A stretch of 44,439 nt of DNA from Balamuthia mandrillaris (Eukaryota), in contig JAVKOQ020000107.1 of the NCBI GenBank assembly GCA_031835245.2, positions 124,001 through 168,439 on the forward strand, read 5' to 3'. Of this stretch, positions 14,032 through 25,365 are shown one piece after another (positions within the stretch are counted from its first letter, which is position 1; each line of letters opens with the position of its first letter). Under the pieces are notes generated by a model, which was not told where the DNA came from, did no database searches, and saw only the letters and a list, made by a program, of their open reading frames with translations. Made by a program: the position numbers and the translations under genes.

Positions 14032-14417
14032 TGACAAAAAATAAACGACAAGAAGGAAAAAGAAACCTTAAAAGAAACGTAGCCATGGATCAAGCCATGG
14101 ACTTTCTTGGCTTTGACGAAAGGCAGCGACAAAGAGGTCAGCAACGCTCTCCATTTCTTCACCGGATAAAACTTTGGAAACCCGGTGACAAAGACTTTGG
14201 GATCTCCCTCAACATCGTGCCGAGAGGAGGAGGAGGCCGAGGCGGAGACCGGCGAGTTCTCCGCAGTTGTTGCGCATTCCATGTCTTGTGGCACGTCCTT
14301 CGCCGAAGCTCCTTCCTCGGCTGCTGTTGTTGTCCCGCTGCTGGTTTGTTGCCCCTCCTCCTGGACCACAGTGGCCGGCTGCTGTGGTGTCTCCTGCTCC
14401 GCTGTTGGTCCTTCCAT
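11360..14417 (-). CDS. TRMT2A: tRNA (uracil-5-)-methyltransferase, TRMT2A/Trm2 family; multi-exon
   Basis: N-terminal RRM (KVFVTGFP...GYVSFK), [34 protein letters not shown] motif [17 protein letters not shown], catalytic [16 protein letters not shown]. Stop TAA at 11360-11362. Confidence 0.93.
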
Positions 14418-14934
14418 CTTTCTTTAAAATTATTTTTTTCTACCAAATCTTCACGTCGTCACGGAATTTGTCAAAAGCCTCAATTGTCAAGAAATGCTGG
14501 TCAATAGGTGCTCGTTTATTCTTTGTGGTTGGTTGAGGGTTCAAAAAATAAGACTTGGTTGTTAAAGCATCCATTCCCATGCGCATTACCGCTTTGCATT
14601 ACACTTCTTACTCCTTTGTGCAAGTTGCTTTGTCCAGCCAGATGGTCAGCTAAACATTCCCACTCACTGGCGAGAGCCACAGAGATTCTTTCTACCGGCA
14701 TCGCTGAAGACAAGAAAAGGACGAAAGGAAGACAAAAGAGAAGTTGATTACCAAAGTGAGGGTTTTGTTTGTTTGTTTGTTTTTTTGTTTGTTTGGAGCG
14801 GCGTTTCAGAAGCCTTGCGTTGTGGAGGTTGACATCCACCGCCATGCTCTTACATTCAGCTCCGGTGCAATGAAGAGCAACTCAATGACTCTCCTGTTTT
14901 TATGTATCCTCTCGCTATGGGCTTTATTTTGTGT

Positions 14935-15666
14935 TCAGTTCGCTCGTGGCAGGGTGGAAGTGGCGTCCAAAGATGAAACCGTATTCACATCCGTTGTCAT
15001 CGCGGGCAGGGTGGTCGAAGTGCCAGTAAGACTACGCCGCTTTGGTACCGGAGAGGGAGAAGTCGCACCCATCTCCTCCATTTCTATGTCTCCCATCCCA
15101 GCAGCAACAGAAGATGGAGAAGAAGAAGAAGCAGACACGGTTGAGGGTGATAGCTGATGGTGAAGTTGGTGTGGATGTTGTGGATCGGCGCTCAATGACC
15201 TGTTCCTGGGCCGCTTCTCCCGCCCCTTGACCTCCAACATCCTCGGCGCAATGACCGAGACCTGCTTCAAAAACTTGAGAATGTCCTCCCTGGCGTGGAA
15301 CTTTGTTTCCTCGGCCAGCCCCGAGAGGTGGTTCTGCAGGAGGACCACCTTCTTGCCGGAGCGCAGAGTGATATAGAGGTCGTAGGCGTCCCCTCCCTGG
15401 GAGTCGTGCAGCTCATCGATGGTCACGTCCTGGATCTCGTGCAGCCAGTGCTCCACCACGTGGATGCCGTTCAGCCCGATGCTCTTCTCGTAGAACTTGC
15501 CGGTGGTGGCATCAAAGATGAAGCGCTTCAGTCTGGCTCTCCAGACGGCGATGGCCCCGCACACCAAAAACACCAGGCTCACGTTCCAATACAACCTGAA
15601 ACTGGTTGAAAGCAAAAATAGACCTTTTGTTGCACACGTTTGAGAGTTGATCGAGAAGGGAGCGAG

Positions 15667-15701
<35 letters not shown>

Positions 15702-15962
15702 CAAACCAGCAGCCATGGAGGTGAGTCCAAAAACACCCAAGGGAAGCCAACTGAGCCATGGGTTGTTTTTGATGACAAATCTGCGTTCCATGAAAAGGTA
15801 CGCATCGGGCACGAGGCTATCAGCCTCGCCTCCATTTTCGGCTGCTCCCCCTCCACGCCGCCGTTGTCTGTTTCGTGTTCTGCTGCCCCTTGACGACGTG
15901 CCACCAGCAACCCCAGAGACCGCTCCTCCCAAGTAACCCACCAGGCGTGAAAGCACCTCCAT
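14935..15962 (-). CDS. EROS/CYBC1-like membrane protein; 2 exons (intron 15624-15706)
   Basis: Two hydrophobic segments, then IFDATTGKFYEK...LHEIQDVTIDE...GDAYDLYITLRSG...ILKFLK. These are colinear with human CYBC1 IFDKSTGKVVLK...LHDVRDVSVEE...GKGYMVVLRLATG...ITSFLE (from memory). Disordered S/T-rich tail. Confidence 0.65.
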
Positions 15963-16022
15963 CTTCCTTTTGTTTATTTTTTTTTTGTAACTCTTTCCGC
16001 GTCGACATGAAAATGTGTAAAC

Positions 16023-16038
16023 ATCATGTCGACATGAT
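16023..16038. promoter_or_regulatory. Perfect 16-bp palindrome ATCATGTCGACATGAT; best copy of a recurrent promoter-proximal motif
   Basis: About 60 nt upstream of ATG 15962, with a variant copy at 15997-16010. Related copies lie near other gene starts. Confidence 0.55.
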
Positions 16039-16068
16039 TAATTTCACAGAAGCAAAAGAAAGGAAGCT

Positions 16069-18859
16069 TTAGGCGATGGAGGCCAAGACGGAGGCGATCT
16101 CTTTGGGGTCGGCTGGGCGGCACGCGAGAACGGATGGTCTTTTGGAATCCTGGTCGCCGCGCGACTGGGGGATCTGGTGCACGAGAAGAGCGGAGTGAGT
16201 GCTTGTGCTTGCCAAAGTTACACTCATGCCGCAGAGAGAGACCTACCCTGAAGTAAACTGTCGGGTTTGATTGGCGGGTTCGCCGTGGTATCAGTGGTTA
16301 GTCATTGTATACTCTTCTCTATTCTATTTTCTTTCTCTCAAGAAAACTCGCTTCGCTGCTCTCATTCTCTTTTCTTGCGTCCCTCTACTCTGCTTCTCTT
16401 GTTCTCTCTCGCTCTTTCTCCAGTTCTTTCTTGCTTTCTTTGACTCACCTTTGTAACGATTCCACACCTGTTTTGAAACAAAGCATATAGAAAAGGTATG
16501 GTTTACAGCAAGCAAAACAAGAAACGCATACCACAAAAAGCATACCTTTCTAGTTGCCAACTCTTGTTTCTGCTCTGGTGAATATTGGATAAAGTCTGAC
16601 GCCTGTAGGGAAGCAGTTGTCTGTCAGCTCTTCTAAAAGGGCGAAAGAGAAAGAAGCTTCAAAAAAAAAAAGAAGAAGAGAGAAACCGTAACACCCAAGA
16701 ACTGTTCAGCAACATCCCCAAAGAGCAGCAAATGGTTCACCGAAGCAGAGTAGTCTATTGCCTCTATCCCTACTTTGCTGCAATGGCAACGCGACGTCAG
16801 TATCTCTCGCTCTCTCTCTCGTTCTCCCATCATACTTACAAAGAATAAACAGGTTGCTCGTCTGGTTTACGACACTGACAAGAGCAAAGCAATCGCATTT
16901 TAAGTACAGGAGTTGGGGATGAAAACAAGAAGAAACGTTACCGTCAAGCCCGTGCAACGCATCTCCTCTCCGACCTTTCGGTGACAAGTGGGACAGCTTA
17001 GATAGACAGCGTTCTCCAAATGGACCTTGGTCACCGTCACGAAAGTGAAACCTGCACATTCCTCCTCCATTCCTAGGATTTGCGAACAATTGTAATAGTC
17101 GTGGATCTCGTCTATCGAAACTGAAATACCATTGGGTAAGTTTGTCCTCTTCTTTGTTTGTGTGTTCCTTTCTTTTTAGGCTGAATGAGTTTCAAAAGTT
17201 ACGTACTTTGTTTACGCTGTGAGCTTGACGAAGAGGATCGTTGCGAGCTGAATGACAGATCTTTGAAGGTGTGCATGTTCGCTCTGGCCCAAGCCTTTAA
17301 CATATGCGCTTCCCTTATATCAGGACTGAGAAACAGGTCAGACTGTATCACAGAATATCGGATAGCAACTGCTACTTACTCTTCGATCACACTGCTCTGG
17401 AAAGAGAACGATGCGGATAACTGTTTCAAGTTATGCGCTGTTAGCAAAGCGACGAACACTATTATTCTTGAGCAGAACGCACCTTTTCTTGGTACGTATC
17501 AATGACTACATTCTGCCAAAAAACTGGTTGCCAGTATTGTTACACATGATTGTTAGTTGTACAGAGAAACGGCTGGAGTGTTGGCAATAACTTACCGACA
17601 TCTCCTCTTGCAAGATTCGCCACTGATGAGATTCCTTCAGCCCCCCAGCTGCAAAACGAATCAAGTTCAACGGTTTTATTAGAGTATACATAGCTGAGTA
17701 TGGAGGAGGTTCGTACACCGTAAGGCAGAAGAACTCGCAAGTTTTGTCAAAGAGATAGATGCTTTGCTTCAGGCAACGCTTTCCAGCCTTGGAGATGAAA
17801 CTATTAGCAGGCTCGACCTATAAAATCAGGTAAACTTTCTTAAACATACACTCTTTGAAGTTAAATCAATCTAACGCTTTTACTTACCTTTCCCACAACA
17901 GTTAACAGGTTAACACTCCCAGAAATGAAGTGACCAACGTCTTTGAGTTCAACAAAGTTCGTCCTAAGGGGCTGGCGCATATTGACCTGAAAATCGCCGG
18001 TGTGCTTGCGAATTGAAGCAGTTCTACGATCCACGTGAAGCTCCAAGTCTGAAGTACAGCCCATTCCATAGTTGACCGACTTGGGCTGAGAGAGGGAACA
18101 TGCGTAATGTTAGTCCTTTTTTTCTTCTTCTGCTGCTGCTTCTTCTTCCTTCTTCCTTCTTCTTCTTCTTCTTCTTCTTCTTTCTTCTTCTCATTTATTC
18201 TTCAACTTTCTTGTAGTGACGTTGTTGTACCTTAATAGAGGCGCCATCGACTTCAACAGTATCTCCTACCTGTTTTGTGCAACAAAAAAGAATATCAGGG
18301 ACGCGTACCCCAACGGCGATGGCGAGCAGTTTAACATACGTTTAGCATCTCGTAGTAGTGAGAGGCATCTTTCCAGCATGTAACTATCCATCCTTCTTTA
18401 GTTTGAAATGGTTTTTTCTTAAAAACTGAAAAATATTCACTGACCTTGAATGGTATCAGTACTGTCTCTCAGCACGAAAGAATACACCGACTTCACTTGC
18501 TCTCCTATTTTTGTTTTTGTTTTCACAAAGATGGAAGTCATGACGCTAGAGCGAAGAGCAAGCAGAGGCAGAAGAAGAACGAAGAACGAAGTTAGAAGCA
18601 GCCCCTACGTTTCTTGTCATTCCATTCTCGCAGTTGGCCTCTCCTTTCCACTACACCGATGACCACTACATCATGCAACACTGGGGACAACTCGTTGATG
18701 CTGCTCATACACACACAAAAAAGGCAACGAATAAGAACAAAGAAACATGCACAGACGCCATCCAGAAGAGCAATGGTTCATTCCTCACCTGCACACAGCC
18801 CTCCTGCCGTACTTTCTCATCAGTTCATCATGACGTGCTACCTGAGCTGCTGCACACAT
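16069..18859 (-). CDS. MEIOB: MEIOB, meiosis-specific RPA1 paralogue with three OB folds; 18 exons, about 450 aa
   Basis: Spliced segments: SINELSPVLHDVVVIGVV, VYSFVLRDS, VTCW, VGDTVEV, VNLLTVV, IYLFDKTCEFFCLTVWG, DPDIREAHML, Cys4 finger CPTC...CTGLTC, DYSASVNHLLLFGDVAEQFLGVTASDF, C-terminal SVLACRPADPKE (human MEIOB SVLSCKLADPTE, from memory). Lacks the RPA1 N-terminal domain. Confidence 0.85.
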
Positions 18860-19134
18860 CCTCGAACGTTGCTGCCACTTTGTTTTTTTTTCTGTGTTTT
18901 TGCTCGCTACGTTCTTTCTTCTTCTCCTCTCCCCCCGCTTTCGTTTTTGCTCTGTTGACAAAAGACAAAAATAAAGAATGGTGCTACATTTTTTGTACAG
19001 AAAAAATCCCAGTTAAATGTCGCCACATGACGACGTGATTAAATGTCATGTCGTCGTGAATAAACAATTATGGTCAAATTTTTGATTTTTTATTGGTCGT
19101 TGTTCAAAGATCAAACCATTGATCAACAAACAAG

Positions 19135-20020
19135 ATGGCGGTTGGGAAGCCGTATGGGGTGGCGGTGGTTGGTGGCTTGTTGGCCTCGAGTTGCTGCGTG
19201 GTGCAGCTCCTGCTCAACGCGCTTTCCTTTGGGTGCGCGGGCTTCAACACGGTGCTGGAACCCTACCGCCCTGTGCTCTTCTGGTTGGCCATGGGCGGCC
19301 TTGGTGCTGGCTTCATCTTTGATATTCTCCTTCCTTGTTGTGGCCTCTCTTCGTCATCCTCTTGTTCCGCCAAAGGTTGGTTTCTCCTCCCTTCTCTACT
19401 TCTTCCTCCTTTTTAAAACACTCCTCTTTGTCCAAGCCTCTTCACCCAAGACCACTGCCGCCACAAAATGTGAAGCAACAGGCAACAAGAGAGCTCCAGC
19501 CTTTCGCCGCTTCTTTTTGATGGCCACGCTTGTTCTCTTGTTGTCCTACTCTCCAGAGCTCCTAGACGCTCTTCACAGACACCCAACCTCTCCTTTGGCT
19601 CCCCTGCTGCGCCACACCTCTCTGGCCTGGACATCAGCCACCACCAAGACCTGCAGTGATGCACGCATGCTGGACGAGAGTGAACCCAAGACCAGAATCT
19701 TCATCGAGGTGGAGGGCATGCATTGCAGTGCCTGCGTGGCCAAGGCCAGGTCCGTCCTGCATGACCTCAACCTCTGCGCTCGTGTGTTGTTGGATAGGGC
19801 TGGGTCTGGCAACATCACGGTGCATGCAGAGGATGCAGAGGAGGTGTTCTCGGATGAGCGGATCGTGAGCGCCTTTGAGCGTGGCACACATTTTCACGTG
19901 AAGGTATTGCGGAGGGAGGCGCTGAGGAGCGCGATCCCATTGTCTGGTGATGGCTCGCACACTACCGAAGGCAGCTTCTACTGGCTTGTCTCTTCCCTTG
20001 CCTCCCTTGTTTCTCGGTGA
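19135..20020 (+). CDS. MerT-like membrane domain fused to a C-terminal HMA (MerP-like) domain; 2 exons (intron 19376-19436)
   Basis: LLASSCCVVQLLLNALSF...VLEPYRP matches MerT ILASACCLGPLVLIALGF...VLEPYRP. Cys-containing loop, third TM ending LSYSP, then IEVEGMHCSAC. Removing the 61-nt GT-AG intron joins the two ORFs in frame. Exact 3' end less certain. Confidence 0.85.
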
Positions 20021-20460
20021 TCATTGCCCGCATTCTTCGTTGTTCAGTCTCATTCGTGTATGTATGCCTGCACTTCATTGAAGGAGCCAATCCAGACTAT
20101 TTGCATTTACCGCCAATGTACTGCTGCCCATTCCCCCTCTTTCTCTACCTTTCCCTTTCTTCGTCAGTGTTTTCGTTGCTCCACCAAGGGAGGAGAGGGG
20201 AGGGAGGTACGTGATTTCTTGCAAACACCTTGCCCTTGCCTTTTGTGCTTTCTTCCTTTCTCTGGTTCAAAGGATTAACCGCGTCGACCTGAATAAACAC
20301 CTTATTCTTTCTTCTTTCTCCTCTTTAAGGTGGGTCCGCCATCATGAAGACGTCCTGCGGGTCGTTACACCTCCCTTCCTTGCTGCTTTGTGCTACAAGC
20401 GTCCCGGAGGAGGAGGGAACCAACAGGAAAAAAAACGGACAGTCACTTCCGGAGTGAGGC

Positions 20461-21817
20461 ATGCCCAACCGTCCCATGTCTTCTGCCGCTTCTTCGTCTT
20501 CTTCCAAGTCGACGGCCTTCAGGCATTGGCTGGAGGTAACGGGGATAGGCTTCGTGGCCGGAGCTGCCGGTCAGTACACCGTCTATCCTTACGACACCAT
20601 CAAGACGCGGCTGCAGAACCAGAACAAGACTCTCGGCACGCTCTACAAACACAGTCTGGACTGCTTGTTGAAGGTCGGTCGCGACTTGTTTTTTGTTTTC
20701 TCATTGCGGTGGCTTGAAGCTTCTCCTTACTCCGGCTGTGATGAACGCTGCAGATCGTTAAAACAGAAGGCATACTTGGTCTTTACAAAGGCGTTTCTGT
20801 GGTTGCTCTTATGACCAGGTTTCTTTCTTTTCTCTCTCCCTTTTTTTTCGGTCTGTTTTTGCCTTTCATCCTGAAACGCCTCACACACACGCTTTGACAG
20901 TCCAGAGAAAGCATTAAAGCTGGGAGTGAATGACTTTTGTCGCTCCAAACTGGCACGTCCTGATGGTACGGTTAGCTACCGCAATGACCTCCTGGCAGGC
21001 GGCACCGCCGGCGGCGTCCAACTGCTCCTCACCTGTCCAATGGAGATAGTCAAGATAAGACTTCAAATGTTGGGTCAACAACAACAGCCGAGTTCTCCTG
21101 CTTCGGTATCAGCCTTGGGAAGAGCAAGTGGGCCACTGACGGTGATCAGGGAGCTGGGGGTGAGAGGATTGTACAAAGGCTCCATGGCGACGTGGTTGAG
21201 GGATATCCCATTCTCCATGATCTACTTTCCATTGTATCATAGAATGAAGAGCTATCTCAAGAGAACAAGAGGCAAAGTTGGACCTTTGGAGTTGTTTGTT
21301 GCTGGAACTTCTTGTGGTTAGTCCTCTTCTTTCCTCCTCCTCCTCCTCCTCTCTGTTGTTCTTTTCTTTCTGTGTCTTCTGTCTTAACTGTCGCCAAACA
21401 TAAAACCAAAAGGGTGCTTGGCTGCTGCGTTGGTTACACCAGCTGATGTTATCAAGACTAGAATACAAACGGACAAGACAGGGCGATACCACGGCACTCT
21501 GGATTGCATCTACCAAACTTCTAGAGAAGGCTTCAGTGCCTTTTGGAAAGGTTCGTTCTGCTTTCTTCTGTTCTACACTTCTCTTTTTCCCTTCCTCATT
21601 AGCTTTCTTGCGAACAGGAACTATACCGAGGTTGTTTACACGAGGACCACAGTTTGGTGTAACGCTTCTGACCTACGAAGCGCTCCAAAAGCTCTTCCTA
21701 GGCAGCGTGCAGAGCGACCATTCTCTATCTTCCTCTACTTCTTCCCACGGCCACTCTCTTGCATCCCCCTCTCCAACACCCTCTCCGCTTTCTCCCAGCA
21801 CATCTGCTTCATCCTGA
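20461..21817 (+). CDS. Mitochondrial carrier (SLC25), aspartate/glutamate or glutamate carrier subfamily; 5 exons
   Basis: Three carrier motifs ([30 protein letters not shown]), plus [20 protein letters not shown] and [11 protein letters not shown]. No EF-hand extension. Confidence 0.9.
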
Positions 21818-21986
21818 CAACCACATGAACGGGATTAAACACGAAAGAATGCTCGAAAGAAAAAAAAGAGTTTGTTGCAAGAGTGATACATGTGGCAAAA
21901 CGAAGCAAGGAAGAGGAAAAACGGAGGAAGAACAAAGAATACAAGAAAAAAAAACAAAAACAAAAAAGAAGGGAAAAGCCTACGCT

Positions 21987-24825
21987 TTACTTGCCGCCTT
22001 TCTTCTTGCTAAACAAACCAAACTTCTTTTTCTTGCCATCGGCACCAGCAGCATCTCCCTGCGGGCCTCTCAAGCTGTTCTCGGATGAAGACTGTGCCAT
22101 CGCCGTTGCTGGTTGAATCATTTGCGCTCTGACATTGGGTGAACTTATGTTTCTGGAAGGAACGCCTCCTGCCGAAAGACCTCCATCACCAACACCTCCA
22201 CCAGCACCGCCGCCGCCGAGTGTTGGGTGAGGAGCGCCAAAACCTTGAAAGTTTAAGGCCTTGCTTCGGTCCGTGATGGTTGTTCCTCCTCCAACCTTCA
22301 TAGAAGCGCTTGGAATGGGAGCCCCCAAGGAGAAACGACTCTGAGCGGAAGGTCGAGGCGGAGGAGCCGCACGACCGCTTATGGTTTGAGCATTGGAGGC
22401 ATTGTTGTTGGTGTTGGAAGCGGCACCTCCGCCGAAACCCATGTGACGGGCTCCAGCGGGAGGAGATGGTTGGAGAGGAGATTGCTGAGGAGGATGCGGT
22501 TGAGGAGGTTGTTGTTGAGGAACAGGTTTTGTATAGTTGGATGGAAAGTAACTGGACATGAAAGAATAGGGTACGATGAGTACATAACAGAAAAACGAAA
22601 CGAAAACGAGCTAAGGTTATGTACCCAAGGGTGCCATTGAGCTCTCCAGTCCACCATCCGCTGTCGTTCTTCCTTTTGACAGTGATAACATCGCCCGCAT
22701 TGAAGGCGAGGATGTTCTTGGTGGCATCTCCTGCAAAATTATGTAAACAGGTGACTTGCTCCAACACCGTTACCATTACGCTCTCTCCTCTTGGTCTTGG
22801 AGGTTGAGCAGGCGCTCTCGGCTCTTCTTGTTGGTGGGAGTGTTGTTGTTGAGCAACTCCATTAGTACCTGCTGCTGGAGCAGCGGCAGGAGAAGGAGGA
22901 GCGAACTGAGCACTCTTGGGTTGAATGCGAACGTTAAGATTTGGAGCAGAGCCACGTCTGTTGAATGCGGGTCCTGCTCCTTGCGGTTGAGGTTGTTGCG
23001 GTGCCGCTTGTTGCTGTTGTTGTCGGAATGAAGGTTGTTCGCCGGTGGTTTCTCTTCGCGGCTAATTGATAAGAGGTATTAGCAGGCTGAACGGATGCAA
23101 AAGCAGATAAGGAGAGTACCGAAGGAAGCGTTCCAACTTGTCCGGATTGTCTGTTAGAAGATGGACGAGGAAGCATCGGTGGTCGCCCATCCCCAGCAGC
23201 TCCAGGTCCCATATGAGAAACCGGTCGTGGGGGCGGTGTGGCAGCACCACCAAAAGCAACACCTCCATTCATCGGCGGCGATGGACGAGCCATCGGAGAG
23301 GGAGGGATTGGTCTTCCTTGAGGAGGCACCGGTCTATTGCCCGGTTGATGAGGGGGTGGTACTGGTCGTTGCAGTGAAGCAGCACCAAACGGTGGTTGTG
23401 GTTGTTGCGGTTGTGGTTGTGGTTGATGTTGTTGTTGAGAATCATCTTCAGAAGGGCCAGAAGTGGGCTTGTTTCCACGAGAAGGCAACGGGGGTGGTGC
23501 GGTTCTCTTCGGGGGCAGGCGAGGTTCGTTGTTGTAAGAAGAAGGATCAGCAGATGGGGTTGGTTGAGGGTGGAATGCGACAGGAGTAGGAGCAGGAACC
23601 GCCATCGGTTGTGGCATTGGTATCGCCGTGGGATGAATAACAGGTGCTTCTTCTTCTTCTGCTTCTTCGGATTCTTCTTGTGATTGTTCTTCTTGTGGTT
23701 GTTGTTGCTGTTGTTGAGCGACCTGGTCACGAAACGTGGAGCGAATTTGCAGCGGGGTCACCTCCAAAGGAGTCAATTGTTTCATGTCCGGGAGAGGAGC
23801 CATTCCTGGAAGTTGCACGATGGAAACACGCTTCAAAGCTGCAGGGTCCTTCGGAAGGTTGTTGTTGGCATAACCAAAAGTAGGCACAGCAGAAGAAGAA
23901 GAAATAGAAGAATAAGGCCCCGAAGCTGTTGTGGCAGCTGTCTCCGCTGCAGAATGACCAGAGGCCGCATCCGCATTCGCTTTCTTCTTCTCGGCCTTCT
24001 TCTTCTCCTTCTCCTCCTTCAACCTTCGCTCTTCCTCCTCTTTGGCCTTCTTCATCTCCATTTGTCGCTGCTCTCTTGCCTGCCGCTTCATCTCGTTGAG
24101 CTCCTGCATAGAAGGTCCTTTGGGAGCCTCCGACTCTGGCTCCGGCTGTTTGACCGGTTCTTTGGGAGCTGGAGGAGGTTTATCGATCTTCTTGATGAGA
24201 TCCGGCTTCGCTGCCGGGATTTTGAACCTGTCAAGAGGAGTAAGCTCTTCCTCTTCCTCTTGTGCTCCATTTTGTGGCGCAGCAGCGGGAGGTGGCGCAG
24301 GAGGTAAGCCGAGGTCCTCGCCGGGAGGAGGAAGAATGGAGTCGATGAGGTTGGAAAGACTGTCGAGAGCTGAGAAGCCTCGCCCTCCCCCGCCTCCTCC
24401 CCCAAAGTTTCCTCCAAAGGAAGCGGTAAAGTCTAGTTGCTGCGAGTGAGAGAAAGGAGGAGGAGAGACGTTTGGAGCTGTTTTATGTCCTTCTGGCTTA
24501 TATTGTGGCTCCGTTCTATGTATTTTGAAGGAGAGAAATTGTTAGAAGAAGAAGAAGAAGAAGAGGAACAAGAAGAAGAAGAACAAGAACGAGGAAAGAG
24601 AGAAGAACGAAAGTAAAGAAAAGAAATAATACCCGTGTTTGTCAAAGTCCCAAGAGACAGTAAAGTTCAGAGGGAAGTAACCGCTAAAGTCGTCTATTTC
24701 TCCCATAGCCCATCCTTGTGGAGCCTTTTTAAAAGAGAACGAAGAAGGAGAAGAACCGAGCAAATAATCCATAGGTTTAAAATAGAGTGTTTAGTTTTTT
24801 AAAGCTTACCCAACACCAAACCAGC

Positions 24826-24870
<45 letters not shown>

Positions 24871-24987
24871 CAGACATACATTGGGATCGTCGAGTTGCTT
24901 GATGAAGTCGCCTTCTTGAAAGGAGAGCTGTCCGCCCATTAGGTCGCCCATAAAGTCGAACAACGCCACACGTATTTCGTCTCCCAT
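21987..24987 (-). CDS. Proline-rich adaptor with two SH3 domains and a central coiled coil; multi-exon
   Basis: SH3-1: VALFDF...QLSFQEGD...GWAMGE...GYFPLNF. SH3-2: CLHNF...LAFNAGDVITV...GWWTGELNGTLGYFPSNY. E/K-rich helix and many PxxP motifs between them. Confidence 0.85.
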
Positions 24988-25365
24988 TTTTTTGGTTTTT
25001 ATTCCGGTATCGTAACAAAAAAAAGAGGAGAGAAACAAACAAACAAAAAAAAACAAAGAGATGACCGGATACTACTCCTTGTTGTTGTGTATTCTTCGGA
25101 ATGCTTTTTGTTTTTTTGTTGTCGAGCAAGAAAGAAACCTTTTTATTTCATTGTAGTAGTTAAGCAAAATGTAATGCATTCATTTAAATTTTCCTTTTAT
25201 AGTCCATCATTCATTTAAGTTGTCGACATTTTTTCATCGATTCAAAATCACGCGTCGACATGAGCGGATTACCACGTGTCGCAGGGGGCTTGCGTTCGAC
25301 CCCCAATCCGAACGAAAATATTTCTTTGAAAATATTTCTTTTTCTTTTTTTTATTTGTTATTTTT

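Noticed and set aside
14516..14845. 109-aa minus-strand ORF between TRMT2A and the EROS-like gene
   Set aside because: No recognisable motif and crosses simple repeats; more likely 3' UTR.
14815..14937. TGA stop followed by small hairpins (TGCTCTT...AAGAGCA) as selenocysteine recoding
   Set aside because: No SECIS AUGA/GA core with proper geometry, and the TGA ends a disordered tail without a redox motif.
16069..16300. GC-rich stretch that looked like a structured RNA gene (RNase P/MRP, U3)
   Set aside because: No conserved boxes; explained by the last MEIOB exons and introns on the minus strand.
25284..25303. GTTCGACCC B-box/T-loop-like hairpin suggesting a tRNA or SINE
   Set aside because: No cloverleaf, acceptor stem or convincing A box.
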